Shown here piece after piece: positions 14,026 to 28,429 of a stretch of 64,000 nt of DNA (position 1 is the first letter of the stretch; the number at the start of each line of letters is the position of its first letter). The stretch is from the human T2T-CHM13v2.0 reference genome, Homo sapiens: assembly GCF_009914755.1 (NCBI RefSeq), contig NC_060938.1. One strand, 5' to 3'. The position numbers were made by a program, and so were the translations under genes. The notes below the pieces were generated by a model. The model had not been told where the DNA came from. It did no database searches and saw nothing but the letters and a program-made list of their open reading frames with translations.

Positions 14026-14689
14026 CTTGGTCACAGGGCACAAGTACAGAGTGAAGTCTGCCCCTGTGTCTCCCAGAGGTCATGGTGATAATAGTCCCAT
14101 AACTGTTTTTGCCATGAGTCTGGGCCAGAAGATAAATCTTATTGTTCTGTGTTCTTATTCCTGCCCACACAGCTCCCGCCTGCCATAGTGCCAGTGCTCT
14201 TTTGTGCCCTTACCATGGAATCACTCACAAAAGCAAGCTCTGTGGCCAGCCATGCCCGGACATGCACTGAATCCTAGCAGAGTTCAGGCTCAGGCGGGGG
14301 CACTCCTAACCGTTCCCTCCCAGCCTGTAGCACATGCATAAGGAGCCCTATTGCCTGCAGTGATCAGTGTGAAGAAATGGGGGCAAGTTGGGGGTGAAGT
14401 GTACTCTGATTGCGGCAAAGGGTTTCCATCTTCTTGTCACAGGAGAAGTGGATCCCAGCACAGGCAGTGTCCATGGAGGAGAAGAAAAGACACCAAAAGC
14501 AAAGGTACAGAGCATACACATTACCCCATGAAGAGGACCTTCGAGAATCCATGAGCATAGTCATCCTGCCTGAACTTAATTTCCCTCTACACTCTCTTTC
14601 CCCCTAGCTTCCATATCATGGAGTTATATGGAATTCGTATAACTTTATTGTGGAATATCATCTAGAATTTTAGTTCCTCCTCCACTCTT

Positions 14690-14862
14690 TGTTTGTTTGT
14701 TTATTTGTTTTGTTTTTAAGAGACAGGGTCCCTCTCTGTCGCCCAGGCTGAAATGCAGTGGCATAATCCCAGCCCACTGGAGCCTTGAACTCCTGGGTGC
14801 AAGCCATCTCCCCATGGCAGCCTCCTGAGTAGCTGGGACTACAGGTGCACACCACTCCCCGA
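14690..14862 (-). mobile_element. Alu monomer (FLAM/AluJ-derived)
   Basis: Single Alu arm 'agacagggtc...gtagctgggactacaggtgcacaccac' with a (TTTG)n tail. Confidence 0.85.
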
Positions 14863-15344
14863 GCTGACCTCCATGCTTTTAACCTCTCAGTAGTTATGAT
14901 TTATCATCCATTGATTATTAGATTTGCCAACATGCTTTATTGCTCTCTTGGCCCACTACTGCTCCTTACATCTCATTCCCCTTTATGGCTCATATTCTTT
15001 CTTGCTGAAGTAATACTTTTGAAGTTCTTTCAAGTCATTCTTTCTCTTTGATGTTCTATAATTGCACTATGATGTCTCCAGTAGAAATATGGATTTGTCT
15101 TTAATTACATTGCTTGAGATTTGGTGTTTTCCTTCAATGCTGAACACTCTCAGCCATTATTCCTCAACACAGCAGTGTCTGGGAGGTGGAGACAATACAC
15201 CGATCACTGCAGACAGGGCTCCATATGCGTATGCTGCAGGGTTGGGAGGGAACTCTTAGGGGTACTCCTGTTTGAGCCTAAACTCTGCTAGGATTCAGTA
15301 CATGTCTGGGCATGCCTGACCACCCAGGCCTGCTTTTACGAGGG

Positions 15345-15650
15345 ATTCTATGGGAAGGTGTCTGGGAGGTGGGGACAACATTTTATAGGATGGTCAAGAA
15401 AAGGTCTCTGGGGAGAAGATATGGGAGCAGAGACCTAAATGATCTGCAAGAGGAGTGGTCCAGGTAGAAGGAAGAGCAAACACAAAGAGTCAACAGGATT
15501 CAGGAATTGAAAGAAGGCCAGTGAGACTGAGCATAGTGAATGAGAAGGAACGTGGCAGGAAATTAGATTAGAGCAGAGATGGGGGCAGGGACCAGCCCTC
15601 GTAGGCTTCCTGGGCCCTTCATAGGAGTTTGAGATGAGAAATGAAGGCAG
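15345..15650 (-). mobile_element. L2 fragment
   Basis: 'ggtcaagaaaaggtctct...gagcagagacctaaatga...gaaagaaggccagtgagactgagcatagtga'. Confidence 0.65.
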
Positions 15651-15665
15651 TTAGTGTGAGCTTTT

Positions 15666-16115
15666 GTGGTAGATACACCTAAATCTGAGCCTTCTTTTCT
15701 AGGCTCCAAGCAATATTGTCACCCTTGTAGTTAGATGCATCTATGTGATTGAGTTCTAAACAATGGAATGAGAACAAAAGTGATGTATACTCCGACCCAG
15801 TCCTGGCCAATAAAAAACTTGCACAGGTGCCCTCCTGCGCGCTTTCCCTTGCTTCTGGCTGCCTGGGATGGAAACAACCACATCAATCCTGAAAGCCACA
15901 TGTTGCTGGTGGCAGAGTTGCCATCAGTCTGGGTACCCGAGTGACCCAGGTCACCCAAGTGACCCACTGTTTGAAGCAGAATTCTCACCACCATCCTCAA
16001 CTCATCCCTTCTGACCTGGAACTGCCTTAAGGTGTTAAATATAAGACATCGATATCTTATTCTCTAAAGCATCAACCTTGTTGCTATTGTAGCATACACA
16101 GCCTAAACTAATGCA
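15666..16115 (+). mobile_element. Old MLT1 (MLT1J-like) LTR
   Basis: 'cccttgtagttagatg...tgtgattgagttct...caatggaatg...gaaagccacatgttg...ggcagag...cctaaactaatgca'. Confidence 0.6.
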
Positions 16116-16263
16116 GCCAAGAGGACCTTGTCGAAGAAACTTGAAGTTGTGTGGGTCACACAAAAAGAGGATAGCGTGTCCAGGGTAATATTAAATTATA
16201 CAGGTTAATAATGTATGTCACAGATGGACTTGCCTACTGAGGAAATATTTCTCCAAGACTAAC

Positions 16264-16556
<293 letters not shown>

Positions 16557-17062
16557 TGAGTACCTTTTAACAGATGAAGTAATCATAGCTCCGAAGAATT
16601 AGCTGCTTCTCTTGAAGATACTTGATGGCAGAAACTGCATAATAAACCAGAACTCCTAATTTCTAGTCCAGGGTTCTTTCCCTGGGACTGAAGGGAGGGA
16701 GCTGGGGGAAGGAACAGACTTGGAAGAGAGGTGAGAATAAATCTCCACTTAGGTTCTTTGGTCACCCAAGGGCTCTGCTCTTCACTGATGCCTTTAGGAC
16801 ACTTCAGAAAGAACTTTATTTAGCTGCCCTTCTAAGTCTTTAGACAAGCATACTCTCCCTTCCCATGGCTGAGGACACCGAAATCCTGGCAGTAATGCTT
16901 TGGGCTCTGTCTCAGTTTAGGGTCTCAGCAGGAAACTGGTAACAACCCAAACTGTAAATTCCTTCAGAGGCCTGGGTGGGTTTAGGAAACCAACTAGGGA
17001 TGATGCAATGCCTTGGGGCCTGCAATAGTGGGACCCATTGTCACCCCTAAGTCTGAAGGAGT

Positions 17063-17560
17063 GTATCAGTTACCTATTGGTACAAATTACCATAAATGTA
17101 GTGGCTTAAAACAACACACTCTTATTATCCTACAATCTTGGGGGGTCAGAAGTCTGAAATGGGTCCCACTGGGTCAAAATCAAGGTGTTACCAGGACTGT
17201 ATTCCTTTTGGAGGCTCCAAGGGAGAATCCTTTCCTTGCCTTTTCCAGCTTCTAGAGGCTGCCGGCATTCCTTGGTTCTTGGCCCCTTCCATCTTCAAAG
17301 CCCACAGTGGCTGGTTGGGTCCTTCTAGTGATGCCGTGTCTCTGATTCTGACTTCTGTTTCCCCCTCCAAATTTAAAAGACTCTTGTGATTATATTGGGC
17401 CCACCTGAATAATCCCCACTCATCTCCTTAAAATCAGATGATTAGAAACCTTAATTCCATCTTCAACCTTCATTCTCCCCTTGTCATATAGCTTTACATA
17501 TTCACAGGTTCTAGGAACTAGGAAGTGGATGTCCTTGGGAATTATTATTTGGTTACCACA
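17063..17560 (-). mobile_element. MLT1D/C MaLR LTR
   Basis: 'caaattacca...gtggcttaaaacaacac...ggtcagaagtctgaaatgggtc...ttttccagcttctagaggctgcc...taccaca'. Confidence 0.8.
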
Positions 17561-18745
17561 AAGGACAGGGCTGGGAGCAGTTATTGGAACTGAGAGGAAG
17601 TAGCTGTGTGGACAGGGTCACCTGGCGGGAATGTGACCATTGGTAGAGAGCCAGGTTCCCCAAACCAGACACTCATGGTAGATATCATCTGGCTTTTCCA
17701 CTTGACCACAGTGAACAGGCAAACCAAGGAAGGACTTATTTTATTGTACTGGTTGGGTAATCAATTCTGATTAGCATGAAGAACTAGAATTCATTCTGTA
17801 TAAGGGATCATTAAAAAGAATTTCCAAAATTCAGGCAATGTATTTGGATGTCTCTCAGTACTTCTAAGTCCTATAATTACAGTCAATGGGAATTGTGCTT
17901 GGTGCAACCCACCAAGCACAGGGAGGACAAGGGGCCTGAAGGGCTGGGTAACTCCACCAAGCAATCAACCTGGACCAGACTAAATGCTGGTAGGAGACAA
18001 GGGAATTTTAGCATGGGTGGTGCAGGAGAGAGATGATGGAGGATGAATGTCTATTAAGGACTCTTGTTTCACTGAACCTCATTCCTGAATTCTCCCAGGG
18101 GATTTCAACTGTGACTGTAAGGACCTATATCTCCCTCTTAGGGAAGGAGTGAGGGTGTCTTGTCTGCACACAAAAACAAAACAAACCCAGAATTGCTATA
18201 ATACAGTATAAGAGTCAATATAATGGGAGAAAATGAGTGGATCTGAGTGGCGTAAGGGGTGAGTTACACTGGATTCAAGTCTGTGTCCATCCTTGAGCCT
18301 GCTGACACTAGTGGAGGATTGGACCATCGCTTTCTCTGGGAACAGGGGTCTTTCCTCTTGACCTCCACCATGCAGCTGCACTAACCATCCACAAACCCCA
18401 AGTTTCTGGCTCCTTTGACTACTTCCAGACTTGAATGAAACACTGCAATAATTCTCACTGTAGAAGGGGCCACCTAACCACACCTGGAGGTGTTGGGGAA
18501 TTAACTCCTGTGGCTGAACATTGATTAACAGGAAACCAGAGATGGGAAGGAGAGTGGCAGATAAAATCTTTTTCTTGGCCCCATGGCCTACACCAAAGTG
18601 TCCTTTCTCTTTGCAGCCTCTTTGGAGGAGACCCCTGTGTTAAACAGGCATGCTTGCTGAGTAACATGCTTTGCCATGATCCTCGAGGCTTGTCATTAAG
18701 TGTCTTCCTCTTCGTCCCTGATGCCTTCTCTTTGCACTTCCCAAG

Positions 18746-19147
18746 TGTAATGGTTAATTTTATATGTCAATTTGGCTGGGACAGTGCATAGATATGTGGT
18801 CAAATGTTATTCGGGATGTTCTGGAGAGGGTATTTATAAGTAGCATTCATGTTTAAATTGGTAGACTGAGCAAAGCAGATTATCCTCCATAATGTGGGTA
18901 GATCCACTTTGAAGCCAGTCGACTGCAGGACAGAACAAAAGACTGATCCCCCCGAGCAAGAGGAACTTCTGTAGCAGAGGGCCTTAGGCTTGAACTGCAG
19001 CACAAACCCCTCCCTGGGTCTCCAGCCTGCAGACTTTGGATTTGCCAGTCTCCATAATTTTCTGAGCCTACTCCTTAAAATAAATCTTTTTCTGTGTAAA
19101 TACACCTCCTGTGGGTTCTGTTTCTTTGGAGAACCCAGACAAATACA
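18746..19147 (+). mobile_element. MLT2 (ERVL) LTR
   Basis: Starts 'tgtaatggttaattttatatgtcaa' and ends 'ggagaacccagacaaataca'. Confidence 0.8.
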
Positions 19148-19314
19148 TCAAGTAAGGCTTCAGCTCTTTCATCCTTGCCTCAGCATCTGCTTTACAGAGA
19201 GTAGGGCCAAGGTCCCTGTCTTTTGTGGACCGAAGGCCTCATCACTCTCATGTGAATATTAAAATCTCAGTCTTTTACTCCAGGTCCAACATTCCACTGA
19301 TGGCTCTGGTTTCT

Positions 19315-19741
<427 letters not shown>

Positions 19742-20419
19742 TAATTTCCTTTATTTCCTGCCTCAACTATATCATTTTAAATATTACTATACATTATTCA
19801 GCATATCTGTGTATTTGTAGCAGGAGGGTAACTCTGCCTCTGTATGCACATTGTGTGTGTGTCTCATAATTCCCACCATATGCAAGGTCCATTTTCCTGA
19901 CCATTTCACCAGCGTTGACTATTTAGATTGATTTTCATTTTTACTGTTATAAATCATTTTATGTGTGAATATATTTATGCAAAGAGCTCTTTAGGTAGTC
20001 AGTATTATGCTTCTAGTATATTTTCCAAAAAGTGGAATCACTGCATCAAAGAATGTAAACATTTTAAAATCCAAATTGCTTTTAGCAATTATGCCTTCAT
20101 GTGACTTCACTCTAGACATCTTGATTGAAGTGTGGCATCAACTCGTCTCTTCCTGCTTTGATCTGTTCCCTAAGGTGAACTTTTTAGATAGCTACTCTCA
20201 TTCATTAAATATTTATTTTCACTAGTTTAAATCTCAGAGGGCAGGCTTCTATAAGTTGCATCTTTCTGGGGATAAGGATATCATCTTGCTAATGAATAAG
20301 TATCCCACATACTCTTACCATAGCGATTGTGTTTGATTTAATCTCAACTTCATGATATGTGTGTGGATATGTTACTTCAGTTTACCAGCAAACACACACA
20401 TTGCAGCGGAGTGGGCAGG

Positions 20420-20640
20420 AATCTGAGCTCAGGGGTCAGATGTGCGTGGATTCAAATCATAGCTCTACTGCCTGTGAGTTTGTGACTTGGGAAATTATTT
20501 ACCCTGACTGAGCTTTAGCTTTTTCATTTGTTGAATGGGAATCATAGTAGTACTTAACTCAGAAGGCTGCTGTGAGAATTAAGTGAGATAACGAATCCAA
20601 AGCCCTGGATAACCACATCATTAGGCACACAATATGCCCT
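20420..20640 (+). mobile_element. MIR
   Basis: 'ggattcaaatc...tgtgacttgggaaattattta...gtgagaattaagtgagataa'. Confidence 0.7.
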
Positions 20641-21504
20641 CATAGCATTACCGTTATTAGCAAGCCAACCTCCAGTTCCAATGGCCCCTGCTTGTGGCTC
20701 CCCTTCCTGACAGCAGACAGGACTGTGAAGAGCCTGGCCCAGCCCCCCAGGGAACAGGGCATCTTCCCTCTTTTCTGCTTCTAATGGAGCTTAGTTCACA
20801 TACAGCTAAGTGTATCATAATTATTTGTTTTACTCTAATTTCATTTTAGCCTTCAAAAAATTGTTTAGTCTTTTACAAGTTTGAACATCGTAGATGCCAC
20901 TGAAGTCCCATCGGACAAATGCTCCTGTTCTCCAATCTCTCTCCCTGTAAATGAGTTAACTACACTCATGAATTTAGTATTTTTCCTTCCAGACCTAAAA
21001 AAAAATTGTACTCACAGAAAATGCATAGTGTATGTGTGGTGTTTTACATAATTAATATCAGGCTGCAAATAATATTTTGCATATTGTACTTTTTCACCAA
21101 ATGTTTCTGAATTTATCCATGTCAGTGAATATGGATCTAGTTACTCTATTTTAATACTGTATAATTTTTCATTTTATATGTATATTTCACATTTTATTTA
21201 CTCATTCTTCTGTTGATCTCCAGGATTCAAGCCTAATAACTTTTGGTAGCTTTCTGATGCTTTCAAATACATTAAAATATTTTGTCGTTTTTCTAGTTAT
21301 TAGGGGGAGAGTGGGTCCTGACTTTGTTTCCAGGTCTTCAATCTGCAAAGCACATACACAGAAATATTCCCACAAAAATTTTTCCAATAAAAAGCCACAG
21401 ATGAACTGTGAATAAAAATTTCAACCCTCAAGGGAGGGAGGGAAAGAAAAACAGAAGAGGAGGGGATCAACTACCTTCTTTGACTGTATTTTGAAAAATT
21501 AGGA

Positions 21505-21760
21505 ATTAAAATAGCTAACTTTATTAAGTACTTAATAAGTGCCAGGCACCAGTCTAGATTCTTTAAATATATTGTTATTAAATTTCATTTAATCAGAACA
21601 ATAGTCCCATGAAATAGGTACTATTATTATCAGTCATATACAAATGAGGGATCTGAGGTGAAATAACTTGCCCAAGTTGTCACAGGAATCATTGGTAGAA
21701 CAGGGATTCAAAGCAGAGTAGTGGTTGATTCCACAGGCTTAATCACTTCAGTCTACTGCT
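21505..21760 (-). mobile_element. MIR
   Basis: 'gtgccaggcac...cccatgaaataggtactattattatc...aataacttgcccaag...cagggattcaaa'. Confidence 0.75.
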
Positions 21761-22097
21761 AGGTTAAAAGTAGAATTAGAAAAAAGAACAAATACTTGCA
21801 AATTAAAAGTCAAAGAGAGAATACGTGAATTGGAGGAGAGTGCAGGATATTCTGTAGCACAGAGGCAAATAAGACAAGAAAAGAAAATAGACTGAAAGTC
21901 TTGAAATATGCCTACTGGATAATCTAGAAACTAAATTACTGAGTGAAGGCAACTGAGAGGGAAGAGGTAGGAAGCAAAAAGCAATGGCAATGATTGAATT
22001 TTGTAAAATATTTTAGTAAATGTAATTAAGGATTGAGAGTAAATTTCTTAATATACTTTTTGTGTTTTTTCTCATAGTAAAATAACATCTCTAAACA

Positions 22098-22345
22098 AAT
22101 GGTATTAAAATAGGGTGTATGCACCCCAGATGGTTAGCAAAATAGTCTCCTGGTAATCAAAAAGAAAATATTAGAACTTTCATCTTTATATTATATTTCA
22201 TTATATATATGTATATATTTTATAATTTATATAATATGTTGATAAGCAATGCATGTCTATAGTTTATAAATAAGTAATACACTTATATTGCAGGTGTGTG
22301 CTCAAAATTCATTAATTGAGTATTTGAAAATGTTGGAGACCACAG
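22098..22345. mobile_element. Probable hAT-Charlie non-autonomous DNA element
   Basis: Right end 'aaatgttggagaccacag' resembles the Charlie TIR (reverse of CAGTGGTCTCCAA). Interior is AT-rich. Confidence 0.4.
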
Positions 22346-22644
22346 TTCTAGGCAAAATAGCAAAGAATATTGGGTCAGGGATTATTCAATGAGTAACGAA
22401 AGTATCCTAACCTTTTCGTGTTTTTAAATGAAAGAATAAAAATATTGAAAAAAATAGGATTTCATTAGAAAATTTTATGGGTATATATGGTATAAGTCAG
22501 AGTACTTACTAAGTTAGTGTAAATATCCATAGCTTCTGAACAAGCAGAAATAAAATGATAAACTATAGAAAACTTTAGAAATCTGACATTAGTCAAAAAA
22601 AGGAGTAACAACAAAGAAGCAAAGATATAGAACAAAAATAATGT

Positions 22645-23104
22645 GTAGTAGGTTGAATAATGGCCCCCAAAATATATGTCCACATCCTGATCTCTGAAAC
22701 TTGTAAATGAGACTTTATTTGGAAAAAAGGTCTTTACACATGTAATTAAGAATCCCAAGATGAGAACATTCTGGGTTATCTGGGTGGGCCTTAAGTCCAA
22801 TGACAAATGTTCTTATAAAAGACACACAGAGGAGTGACACATAGGGAGAGGAGGAGATGGCCAGGTCGAGACAGAGGCAGAGCCTGGAGTGATGCAGCTA
22901 TGAGTGCAGGAATGCCGACAGCCACCAGAAACTGCATGATGGGAGGAATGGGATCTCCCCCAGAGCCTCTGGAGAGAGCACAGACCTGCCAGCAGCTTAA
23001 TTTCAGACTTCCGCCTTCCAAAACTTCAAAAGAATAAATTTATGTTGTTTGAAGCCCCCCAAGTTTGTGGTAATTTGTTATAGCAGCCCTGGTAAGCTAA
23101 TGTA
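22645..23104 (+). mobile_element. MLT1C MaLR LTR
   Basis: 'tgtagtaggttgaataatggcccccaaa...tttatttggaaaaaaggtcttt...gtttgtggtaatttgttatagcagcc'. Confidence 0.85.
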
Positions 23105-23909
23105 GATGGTAACAGAAAGCACAATAAAAACATCAAAGAAATAAATCCAAATTTATTAGCAACCATACTAAAGAGTAAGATGATTCATCTATTAAATGAC
23201 TATCAGATTGGATTAAATAAAGGAATACAAAACTCAATTATATGCTGGTTACAAGACATGGAGTAAAAAAAATTGATTGCAAAGATTGTAAATAAAAGAA
23301 TGAAAAAAGATATACAGGGAAATTGTTAACCAAAAGAAAGCTGGGGTAACTATTAATATCAGATTACATAAACTTTAAGACAAAAAAGAATTAATGGGAA
23401 CAAAAGGGGACAGTACATAATTATATTGGGAAGGATCCACCAAGAGGACTTTATTTGTAAATAAAGTTAAAATACAAATAACAAACTAGGGGAAAGTATT
23501 TGCAACTTATATTATAGGCTAAGGGCTAATTTTCTTAATGCATAAGGAACCTCTACACATAAATAAGAAAAAGACAACAATCTTGGAAAAATGGGCAAGA
23601 GATATGAATAAATGTTCACAGAAAAGAAAAAACCAAATGGTTCATGAATATATGAAAAAAGCTCAATCTCACTAGTAATGAAAGAAATGCAGTTATAAGC
23701 TATGCTGAGATATCATTTTAAAATTATCAGATTGATAAAGATCCAATAAGTTGATTAAATGCTGGATTAGCCAGTGTTCAGGGTGTGATAGAACAGGCCC
23801 TCTCACACATTGCTAGTGCAAACTGGGACAACCATCTATGGAGGACAATTTGGCAGTGTCTCATAAAACAACAAAAACCTTTTGATTTACAAATTTCACT
23901 TCACCCTAT

Positions 23910-24237
23910 TTGCTATAGTCTGAAAGTTTGTGTCCTCCCCAAATTAATATGATAAAATCTTGTTTGGGGAGGTGATTAGGTCATGAGGGCAGAGCCCTCA
24001 GGAATGAGATTACTGCCCTCATAAAATGGCCCAAGGGAGCTTGTTTGTCCCTTCCACAAATGGAGGACACAGCGAAAAGGCACCATCTATGAATCAGAAG
24101 GTGGCTCTCACCAGACACCAAATCTGCCAGATCTTGGACTTCCCAGCTTCCAGAATCATGAAAAAATACATTTCTGTTGTGTATAAGTCACCCAGTTTAT
24201 GGTATTTTGTTACAGCAGCCCAAATGGACGAAGACAC
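23910..24237 (+). mobile_element. MLT1A0/MST-type LTR
   Basis: 'tgctatagtctgaaagtttgtgtcctcccc...cagcccaaatggacgaagaca'. Confidence 0.8.
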
Positions 24238-25238
24238 AATTTGTCTTGCAGATACCATGAGCAAAATGATGAATTACAAAGGCTATTAATTGCACTACTA
24301 TTTATAAGAGATTTGATCATATTATAAATATCCATAAAATATAAATACTACTTGTAATGATTAAAAAGAATGAGGGATTTCAGCATGCAGGGACTCATAA
24401 TGATCCCCTAAGTAAAAAAAGGAATGAGCACAATGGTGTGCACAATATACTGTTCTTTTATAACAGTAGTTAAAATTACATAAGTACCATTTATGAATAT
24501 CTGTATATAAATATACATTTGCTCACACCTGCACAAAATCTTTCTGGAAGGATACATAAAAAACTGGGAACATTGGTTGCCACTGGTGAGGAGGCCTGAT
24601 AGGCTGCCAGAGAGGAGCGGGAGGGTGGCTGAAAAACAACCACTCAACCAAACCAACCACCACCAACACTACCCAATCGGCCCGCCTCTACCATCCTCTT
24701 ATCTCCATAGGAAGAAGAATCAATAGAGATGATCAGCAAAACTAAAAGCTGGTTCTTTAAAAATGTATAGTGAAATAGACAAACCTCTGTGAAAACCTGA
24801 TCAAGGAAAAGAGAAAATACACAAATAATGTCTGGTAAGGCATGTTCATTCTCCATGGTTGCCTATTGTGTGTCAGGGTTGTGGATGAATGCCATGTCAT
24901 AGAGAACAGGCAAAGGAGTAGGTTTTATTGGGAAATGGGACACTTACATGGCTGAGTCATCAAGAGAAGACTGAGTCTCCCATCATCCCATGGAGAGAAG
25001 GCTGGGCCTTGCTGTGCCCACAGTGGGGATGTGCATTCCACCACAGGGTCCTCTTCCCCTTGTCACCCTCCCTTCTTAAAAGAGCAAACTTGTGAGCAGC
25101 TTTATCAGTGGGAGAATAAACAGACCGGCATCAAGAAAACTGGAGAAAATTTAAAATCATTAAAAAATTAAATCAATAGGTAAACTCTGTCTCTCTGTCC
25201 CCTCTCAATAAAAACACTAGGATGAGATGGTTTTATAG

Positions 25239-25561
<323 letters not shown>

Positions 25562-25609
25562 TGGGTCATCATTTTTTCATACAAGCTTTTTTGGAGGAAA
25601 GAGAGAGAG

Positions 25610-26420
25610 AGAATTGCTCAGCTTATTTGCATTCCATAAATTTTGATACATTATGTTTTCATTTTCATTTAATTAGAATATTTTCTAATCTCCCTTGTGA
25701 CTTCTTTTTTATGCATGAGTGCTTAGCAATGTGTTGTTTAATTTCCAGATATTTAGGGATTTTCTAAATATCTTTGTTGTTTACTTATAGTTTAATCCTG
25801 TTGAGGCCAGAGAATGTATTTGTAAAATTTTAAATTTGTTGGGATTTGTTTTATGGCCTTAGATACGATCTACCATGATGAATGCTCCGTGTGTGCTTGG
25901 GAAAAACTCGTTGAGAGGTGCGTTCTATAAATGTCAGTTTGGTCAAGTTGGTTAATAGTGTTGTTTGAGTCTTCCATACACTTAATGATTTTTCTGTTTA
26001 CTTGTTCTATCAACTACTGATAGAAGAGTGTGTTGAAGTTTTCAACTGTGAATATACAGATTTTTCTATTTTTCCTTCTAGTCTTGTCAGTTTTTACATT
26101 ATCTATTTTGAAGCTCTGTTGTTAGACACTTACACATTTAGGATAGTTACAACTTTTTGACAATTTGATCCTTTTTTCATTACGTAATACTCCTCTTTAT
26201 CCCTGGTAATATTCTTTGTTCTAAAGTCTATTTTGTTTGATGGTTAATACAGCTCCTCCAGCTTTCTTTTGATTAGTGCTTACATGATATACCTTTTTCC
26301 ATCTTTTAACTTTTAACCTAGTTACCTCTTTATATTTAAAGTGAGTTTCTAGGAGACAACAGATCCATTGGGTCATGTTTTGGTTCTAAGCTGACAAGCT
26401 CTGGTTTTTAATTTGAGGTT
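25610..26420 (-). mobile_element. Old L1M ORF2 (endonuclease region) fragment
   Basis: T-rich antisense L1 text 'tattttgaagctctgttgttag...tccagctttcttttgattagtg...ttttccatc'. Confidence 0.7.
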
Positions 26421-26524
26421 CCCTCTGTCTCCTGTCTTTCTCATTCGCACGTGGTGAAAGCCCGTGGAAAAGAGCTCATGAGTGACAGCAGACACTCCCG
26501 TGCCTGGGTTTCCACCGTCTACAC

Positions 26525-26737
26525 CAGTGGTCCTCAGTCAAAAGCAGTTTTGCCCCCCAAGGCACATTTAGCAATGTCTGAAGATATTTTTGGTTGTCAC
26601 AAATGGGAGAGGCTGTGGTACTTGTATCTGGTAGGTAGAGGCCAGGACTGCTGCTAAAAGTCCTGCAATTCATGGGGCAGCCTTCCACCACAAATCATTA
26701 TCCTGCATGTTAATAGCGCCAAAGCTGAGAAACCCTG
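26525..26737. mobile_element. MER20 (hAT-Charlie DNA transposon)
   Basis: Termini cagtggtcctca...tgagaaaccctg and interior 'gatatttttggttgtcacaa...ggtagaggccagga'. 8-bp TSD-like flanks gtctacac and ttctaaac. Confidence 0.85.
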
Positions 26738-27079
26738 TTCTAAACTGCTGCGATAGTCCATCCTGGCCTTTAATAATTCACGAAAATGTTAGAATGTTAG
26801 CTGCTTTTTTCTTCTCACGTTTATGGCAGTCACCTCTTCCTCCCACGCTTTGACCAAAGGGAAGCTGCTCATGTGCCATGTCTTTCTTCCGAGGGTCTTG
26901 TCACCACTCTTTGGAACTCAGTTCACGTAGTGGCCTGAACTCTCTGATGGACTGAAGAAAAGCTACAATTTTGCAGATTGTCTATATTTTTTCATTACTA
27001 GGGTGAGGGTGATGTTCTCTTGTGGCTTGGTACATCCTAAGTGGAAGCAGAACGCCTCCCATCTCATTTTTAAATAAAC

Positions 27080-28428
27080 AACTCTAAACCAGGATAAGGA
27101 CAATTATAGATTAATCTCATTGGTGAACATGGATGCAAAAATCATGAAGTTGTAATAGTATGTATACAGTAGTATATATATTATATATATTTTATATAAA
27201 TAAATCATGGCCATGAAGGGTTTATCCCAAGAATACAAGGAATGTTCACCAACAAAAATTAATCATCATAATCCAGTCCAACAGATCAAAGGAATAATCC
27301 ATACAATCATTTAACAGATGCAAAATTTTCTTCTATATAGTTTTAAATCTATTCATGATTTTTAAAACTTGCAAACTAAGACTAGAAGAAAATTTTCTTA
27401 AATTAGTATAAAATTCTACCAAATACCTACAATAAATACCATTTAATGGTAAATACCATTACATTCCCACTGAAGTCAGGAATAAGACAAGGATGCCTGC
27501 ATCACCCCACCATCCAGCATCACACTGGAGGGTCTGTCAATACAATGAGATAAAAAAAGTAAGGCATAAGAATTCATAGAGAAGAGAAAAATTCAATATT
27601 TACCAAATGCATAGAATTTTTGAAAATATATTAGAACTAGTTAGATAATTCTGCAGTTTGCTAGCTACAAGGTCAACATGTAAAATCAATACAGTTGCCA
27701 TTTAACACGGTGCCAGTTAAAAATGTTTTTTTTTTTAAAAGGTAACATTCACAAGATCTATAAGATATCTAGGAATAAAAAGAACATAGATTTTTTTTTT
27801 CAGTATCTTCATGGAAAAACTATAAGCTATCTTTTTTTAAGAGATGGAGTCTCACTCTGTCACTCAGGCTGGTGCCCATATAAAACATCTTTGAAGAGCA
27901 AAATGAAGCTCTGACTAAGTGGAAAGACATTTCGTATATAAGAAGGCTCAACAGCTTACAGATGTCCATCTGTCCCCACTTTAATAAATGAAGTAAATGC
28001 AATTCTGATCAAAATCTCAACAGTTGTTGCTTTTAAATAATGGAACTCATATAGAAAATGGAAACTTTGAAAATAGCAAAAACAATTTCGACAAAGAAAA
28101 ATAAGATGAGGGTACTTGGCTTATTATAGCCCTGTGGTAAATAAAATGTTGTGTTATTGGAACAGGGATAGACAAGTAGACCTGTAGAATGGAATAGAGA
28201 GCCTGGAAAGAGACCCTCACATAGATGAAAATTTGGGAAATGACAGAAGTGTTGTTACAAGTCATTACAGGAAAGGAAGGACTAGTCAATAAATGATAAC
28301 CACATGACTGGTTTTCCACATGAAAATAAATTAAGATTCCTACTTTAAACCATATACAAAAATAAACTAAAGTTGAATTAAGAGCTAAATATGAAAAATG
28401 CAAAACTGTAAAACTTTCAGGAAAAATA
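27080..28428 (+). mobile_element. Old L1M ORF2 (RT region) fragment with a ~45-bp antisense Alu 3' fragment at about 27832-27875
   Basis: 'gggtttatcccaagaatacaagg', 'aggaataagacaaggatgcct', 'tacaaggtcaacatgtaaaatcaa'. Alu piece 'ttttttaagagatggagtctcactctgtcactcaggctgg'. Confidence 0.75.
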
Positions 28429-28429
28429 A

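Larger units (their letters stand above)
21780..24600 (+). mobile_element. Fragmented old L1M, interrupted by a DNA transposon and MaLR LTRs
   Basis: A-rich decayed ORF2 endonuclease text at about 23150-23450 ('tatgctggttacaagac...aaccaaaagaaagctggggtaactattaatatcag') and 3' ORF2 text at about 23480-23900. Confidence 0.6.
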